Shown here: positions 56,775-64,000 of the stretch, piece after piece
Layout: every line of letters begins with the position of its first letter
How positions within the stretch are numbered: position 1 is the first letter of the stretch
Assembly: GCA_043228905.1 (NCBI GenBank)
Contig: JBHGNT010000013.1
Location: 20,522,001-20,586,000, forward strand
Origin: Azolla caroliniana
Taxonomy: Eukaryota > Plantae > Polypodiophyta
DNA: 64,000 nucleotides
Direction: 5' to 3'
Made by a program: the position numbers and the translations under genes
The notes under the pieces: model-generated
What the model was told of the DNA's origin: nothing
Databases searched by the model: none
What the model saw: the letters and a program-made list of their open reading frames with translations, nothing else

Positions 56775-57032
56775 ATTAGCTCTTAATCATGTCACAGAAA
56801 TGGGTGCTTATATATTCGTATGAAGATACTGTACTGAACAAGATTGTTCACCGCACTAAAATTAGCTCTTAATCATGTCACAGAAATTGGTGCTTATATA
56901 TTCGTATGAAGATACTGTACTGAACAAGATTGTTCACCGCACTAAAATTAGCTCTTAATCATGTCACAGAAATTGGTGCTTATATAATAAGCAAGAAGAT
57001 AGTGTATTGGAAGAAGATTGCTCACCGCACTA
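56775..57032. repeat. Tandem repeat, 86-bp unit x3
   Basis: ATTAGCTCTTAATCATGTCACAGAAAT(G/T)GGTGCTTATATA at 56775, 56861 and 56947; each unit ends CACCGCACTAA. Confidence 0.93.
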
Positions 57033-58270
57033 ACACAAAAAGCATTGGCAATAAAAGAATAAAATTGTGGAGATGCGAGACATGGCAAAACCCTAACGCA
57101 CTATTAAAATGAACCTGTAACGATATTTACACCATGATAATTATAATGAAACAATATTTGAATACGATGGTTCCCAAAACTCGACTAGAATTGATAACAC
57201 GTCCTGATCATAATGATTTAAAATTTTCAAATGAGCTAGTTGTAAACGACGGCTATATAAAACAGATTCTACAAACAAACGACGTTTCATTACTAGAGCT
57301 CCATGCATTACATAAGCAGAAGCGATCTCCCCATGGGAGAGCAAATCTACGTACAAAAACCGTACATAAATTGGCTCATCGACCTAATTTAAGTGTCGAG
57401 AGCCAGATATACACAAGAAAGATGATTACCTGCAAAAGCTAATCTCTCAAATTACACGAAAAAGTCCAGAAACTAGAAGGGAAAACTCAAAAAATATAGA
57501 TTCCATGTGGTAACAAACAAAAGAAAGAAATAAAGAAAATATTTTTGCGCTGAATATGCAGAGCAAATGTCGGATGTGGTGGGAACGAAGCGTTGTCGTG
57601 AGGGATGCAAACATAATTAGATATAATGGTAGAGATAAGGAGAGATCCGAAACTGAGAAAGAACGACGCAAATATCACAGTGGATGATATGCGAACGAAG
57701 TATGTGGATATCTAATATGCAACTGCTAGTAGACTGACTGACTGGTTGGAGAGAATGAGATAGAAGATGGACTGTTGCACGCGATACATGCTTATAGCTT
57801 AGTTAGGATAGAGGATAATTAATGTACATAGTAGTTTATGAGATAATTAGGATAGATGCAGACACACGTAACACATGGTTTACCTCACAGAGATAAAAGC
57901 AAGCAAGAACATGCGCAAAGATGTGCAAGAAAATAAAGCTGCAGAAGATTGTGATTGTAAGGATGAGAAGCAGATGAAAGATTTCTACAGATGATACTAG
58001 TTTAAGATAACTAGTACAAATGCAGGAACACCTGTCATACGGATCAGACGCACAGGTTAGCACGATGATGACGAACAAAATTCAGGTGTGCTGGTGAAGA
58101 TAAAGATGGACAGGAAGACGGAAGATTTCAAGGCGTACGAGGTAAGGCCTCGTTGGGGTTATAGGGTAGAGAGGAAGTAGTGAAGGGAATGGACACCAAG
58201 CTGACGAAGAAGGCGGTAAACGTGAGCATGAAAACGATAACGACGAAGATAGATAAGAGAAGAAAAGCTT

Positions 58271-58978
<708 letters not shown>

Positions 58979-59049
58979 CTACGGCGGAAACTCATCCGAC
59001 GGTGAACCGTGAGAGAGATGATGATGCGATTGCGGCCATGAACGGCTCC

Positions 59050-59236
59050 ATCATCATGGATGCATGCATATGCATAATATGCATGGATGGATGGATGAAT
59101 GCTGCATTTGAACGGCTTGTCATCATGGATGCATGCATGCATATGCATCTGCATAATATGCATGGATGGATGGATGGATGGATGGATGGATGGATGGATG
59201 AATGCTGCATGCATCCATCCATCTATCCATCCCATG
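59050..59236. repeat. Compound (ATGG)n/(ATGC)n/(CATC)n microsatellite with internal duplication and inverted arms
   Basis: CATCATGGATGCATGCAT..GCATAATATGCATGGATGGATGGATGAATGCTGCAT occurs twice; the (GGAT)n run is followed by (CATC)n. Confidence 0.9.
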
Positions 59237-61409
59237 ATTTATTTAGTTTGTCCCCTCCCCAATCTCATCATCACCCATTACATGTGTGCAATGGGATGGG
59301 CCGGCCTCTCGCCATATTAGGGCTTCTTAGGCTTTTTACCGCCTTCATTCTCACTCATCTATGTAGGCATTTGCCAATGTCCGGGTCTTTGTCGGCATTG
59401 ACGTCACTAGCCCCTTTGGACTCTACTCTACGGTGCTTGAGTTTAACTTGGTGTGACACGCATCCTTCCTCCATTCCCATCTCCCCCCACAATTATATCC
59501 GCTCGTTTTTCTCGGCGTTTTAGATTGATGCTTCTTTCGGCGTTTGTGTCTCATCATAGATTCGCCGTTGAGTATTTTTTTAAAATACATGTATCCTTTT
59601 TGAAGAGATTGTCATTGCAAGTTCGAGTAATCATTGAACCTGATGTGGGACTATTTCAATTTACTTCCAACTTTTACGTGTTTTTGCAAACATATTTTTT
59701 GTTTCTACATATGACAAAGAGCACGCAATGTACGCATATAAAGTATACACCTTGTTATTGTTTTATAGTGTGTTACTACATTCATTTGAATTGTATTTGT
59801 TGACCATACAATACAAGGGCGACAAAGGGCTAAATAGTTGGATGAAACCAGGATCCTCGAGCCATGTGTATTCTTTTCTTGAGCAATGTGCTCTTTTCGC
59901 ACTCGTATGTTTAAATCGTATCTTAATGAGGCAACTAGGATCCCAAACATTGCTCGTCTAGGTGACACAACATAAAACTCTCAAATGAGATTGAAAACTC
60001 CCAAATCGATATCAAGCCATCCTTAACATTTTCTTGGAATCTTGACATGTTGCATATATGTACATTTTATCCTAACTTGTGTGGGAGTTTGCCCCCTTAA
60101 CTCTTTCTTATAAGGATTTTATATTACCTTCTATGCAAGCCAGGATCACATAATGCATTAGTAGTAGTCCTTTGATCTTCATGTGTAGGTGTACCATATG
60201 TATATGGGACACATACATTGCTCGTCAAAGTACAACATTGTGATATCTAGTAAATAATTAGAAATTAGGGCGCCACAATGAACTTAAGATACGTCAATGT
60301 GTATATCGATTGGATATGTTATTAAGAATTTGTTGTTCATGGTCCATGGAGCATCTTATGGATGCATTAATATAATTCATGCTTGTGAATGATTTATCTT
60401 GTTTGAAAAGTGGCAAGCCACCATACCAAATATACTCCTACAATGGGCTAATACCTCAAGTTTTTGTGATTGTCTCAATATTATTTATAACTTAATAAAG
60501 TGATCTATCTTATTCCAACACGATTGTTTGTATTGTATTTCACTTCATCTTGTGATTGTTGTCCTTTACGATGTCATGGAACCAACACCATGAAAAACTA
60601 GGGGAGATTGAGAATAAAGAAAAAATCAAATGTTTGATGTAGTTAAATCCTTGTTTTTATTAAGCATCTCTAGAGAACTAAAGAAAAGAGTTCTATATTG
60701 TGGAATAGGTGTATAGGTGTCGTGACCAATACCACGTGTATGTGTAAAAAGGGGGCCGGAGAGAGAGAGTGCGTGTGTGTGTTACTTACATAACCATAAC
60801 TAATCATGAGATAGGTTTTTTGTAGTTCTTCTTAATTTCACAATGAGTATGTGTGGGCTAATTCTAAAAGGAACGAGGGTATGAATTGAATATTACAATT
60901 CATACGGTGTGAGATAAATTGTAAACTATGTTATCACCTGACTACTTCATATAATGTAGTCAAGTGTGAACATGCAAAGGCCTAGGGTTTTGAACCATAT
61001 AAGAAGGCTAGTGGGCATTGGGAAGCTTGACTTATGTCGAGACTATATTAGTGTATGACTCTTGTTAGCTAAGCACGTGATCCTCACAAAACCCAAGATA
61101 CGACGACCTTCATTGCTTTCAGAATTAACACACATGTACTTACTACTCATCATAAGTTTAGGGAAAACTACAGAAAAGATATATCGTGATTAGTTATGGT
61201 TATGCATGTAGCAATGGGAGAAGAATAATATTTTATCGTTTGAGGAGTTCCAAAGCAATCAATTTTTGCATTCGTTTTTTGGGTTGGCCTTTTCATTGTA
61301 CGGCTTCTCAAAGTCTATAGATCTCAATCGAGATCCCAACACCAATGGCTTCTATCTTTAAGTTATCTATAATTATTTTCATGTTTCGTGATTATTATTA
61401 TAGTTACAG

Positions 61410-61525
61410 AGAAAGAAAGAATAAAGAAATATATATTAATGTCTTTTAAGAGGCCAAAATAGCCTATAATGCCAACCAAGAGATTGCATCTTAAAATGTT
61501 GTGTGACATTTGAGAACAAAATATT
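61410..61525 (-). mobile_element. Diverged short 3'-end fragment of the RTE-like LINE
   Basis: TATATTAATGTCTTTTAAGAGGCCAAAATAGCCTATAA..CAAGAGATTGCATCTTAA..TTTGAGAACAA, as in 46750-46840. Confidence 0.8.
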
Positions 61526-64000
61526 TCCAAGAGTGAGACTACAAGCAACACGTGGGATTGTATAGGTCTATAATGATTTGTCTAAACATTAGGGATGTCA
61601 CGAGAATCCTAATTGATTTTGTTATGAGTCAACGAGATATCATATTTCATCGATTGTAATATGTATGACATTCATAACTAATATACCACTATGAGAGAGA
61701 GAGAGTGAGTGAGAATACATAAGATTCATATTTACAATATATTAAGCAATAGCATGGATGATTATATAATAAAACTACAAATAAGCATAAAACAATTATA
61801 AATTAAGGATTAACCAACACTCTATCACTTTATACCAGAGGGGGATTTGGTTGATCTATTCAATTTCTATGCAAGTACTTATAGAAGTTAAGAACATTAC
61901 AAGAGATGGGATTTGGGTTTATTTATTCGATTTCTATACAATAATACAAGTACCCAAAGAAATTAAGAGCAATCTAGTAACATGGAGAATGATTGGGATC
62001 TCTAAGGTATCTGCTTCATTCAATGCAAAGGTAATATGTAAAGCATAAATTCAATAGTAGAATTTAATATACACATTCTAAACGACTAAGTTTAAGCATA
62101 GGTGTGTGAATTTGAGTTTGTCATGTACGAGTATTGTTCACCACAAAATGATGGGTATATACTATATTTGTAGAATCATAATATAACTTTGCACTTTCGA
62201 GTGGGTGTAGCTTTTAAAACACAACAACTTCTCGTGGATATTACACATTTTTCTCCTCTCTATCTTATCATACAATAACATGACCAATAATAGAAATCGA
62301 CTCTTCTATAAAAATTACATGAAAGCATATTGCGAGGATTTGACCTTATTAATATTTCAGCATACAATTTTACATGTTACTGTAAAATTTGTTGAGATAT
62401 TAAGCTCAATCGTCCAATGTGTGTGATCTCATAAGTATTGACGCACATGTGTGGCTCGACTATCCAAAAGATATGTGATCACACAAGTATCGGGTGCACG
62501 ACACATGTGTGTATATATAAAATCCCTTGTTATAACGTCGTAACTCCAAGCGATGTAATTAAAGTCCACTCACTCCCTTGTCATAACCTTGTATACTCCA
62601 AGTGATATAACTCCCTTGCCATATAGTATTATAAATCATAGTCTGTGTTACTAAAATTGTGATTCCAATAATCTAATGAGAAGGTGAACCTATATAATGC
62701 ACCCCTCTCCCATTGTGTATTGTTGGTTAATTATTATTATATTCCCTTTGTTGTATGCATTGTTTCCATGTCCCTCATTCTCATTCTCTCTCTCTCTCTC
62801 ACAAATCATCGACAAACGTACATCTCTATCCCGTTGTGTGAGAAGTGCATACGTAGTTCCTTAATTATTTATACAACTTAATATACGTAGTGCATGTTAG
62901 TAATACTTGTGACAACTAAATGAGTATTATACTTGCATTCACAAATATGACCTTCACATGAACAAGTTGCATAAAGCAACAATCGAACTAGCAACTAAAT
63001 ATGACCTTCAAATGATTGCAATAGGTAATTGCACAAAACTAGGATCAAACTAGTGATGTTTTTGTTGCAATCCATACACCTGTTTTGAGCGAACTACCAA
63101 ATATCTCTATTAATTAGGCTCCAAAATCTTCCACTTTGCAAAATCCAACCATCCTAGAGGTGAACCAAATATCTCACCCAATAAATGAATAATCACACCT
63201 ACACTATTCTTATTGTCACGTCACCAAAAGAGGAAGAAGAATATTTCATTAAAACAATCAATCCCTCTTTGACGCAACATACAACTACGTGTTGCAATGC
63301 ACTCTCCGAGTGTGCTTGCTCCCTCACCCCCCTTCTCTTGTTTATAACAATGAGTATCGAAGGAGTTGTGTGGAGGCACCTACTGCCATGAATCGATTGT
63401 GCACACCATAGGATCCTTCTCTAAACCAACTCCCACTGTTGCTGAAGGATGACCAATATGATATACATGTGAAACACTTGTTTTTATTCTCATCGTTTGG
63501 AATGACATATCCACATGTGTTGGTCTAAAAGTCAATATCAACACATAATGCCGTGTTCATGTTGAATCATTTCTAATTTGTCTTCTTGATATTTTATTAT
63601 ACATAAGGTATATTGATGAATTGTCTTGTAATTTTGTCATCTTGTTGTATATGTTCCTTGTTCTCTCCCAACTTCATGATAATAAAGAGAGCATTTCCAT
63701 AGCTTAGTAAACCAAGCAAAGGTTTATAGTAATATGAAGGACATCACATGTTTGAGTAATGTATGACCCCAAAAACTCCATGACTATAAATTTTTATGCG
63801 TGAAATTTTTGTGAGGAAAATTTCATTTGGATTGCATTTGGCTTTCAGTTTAATTAAATTCCAACAATATATTTGCTCATAATTCTCATTCAAAATAAGA
63901 AAGAATATAAAACACATGGCAATAACGATAGTTTATTAGATTTTAGCTTAGGTAGCAACTTTTTCAACTTTCAAATCTATGAAGAAAAACATAGAAAGGA

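Noticed and set aside
59600-64000. Short ORFs and possible old TE debris
   Set aside because: AT-rich with no recognisable domains or boundaries apart from the LINE tail at 61410-61525.

Overview
Nuclear DNA from a land plant: spliceosomal introns, plant gene families, about 36-40% GC by eye. A seed-free vascular plant such as a fern is my guess and cannot be proven from this window. There are five host genes: (1) the 3' part of an MSP1/ATAD1-type plant AAA-ATPase (+, 64-5454, with one GC-AG intron); (2) a PERK proline-rich receptor-like kinase (+, 9997-12653); (3) an unrecognised ~2310-aa acidic repeat protein with a hydrophobic segment at each end (+, 32063-39346); (4) a JMJ24-like WRC/RING/JmjC gene whose Fe(II) ligands are substituted (-, 55491 to ~40900); (5) an intronless cold-shock/Gly-rich/2xCCHC protein (-, 58810-58271). 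Between and inside these genes is a nested set of transposons whose boundaries can be resolved. A defective Copia (TSD AAATG) carries a hAT-type MITE (8-bp TSD) in its 3' LTR. A 5'-truncated L1-clade LINE has a long 3' UTR holding a solo LTR (4-bp TSD) and a ~165-bp tandem array. Several RTE/RTEX-like LINE remnants share a covarying 3' hairpin. A solo LTR of the same Copia family and an organellar insertion (plastid-type trnR-ACG plus mitochondrial-type trnY-GUA) lie in JMJ24 introns. Exon boundaries were read by eye, and no database search was run.
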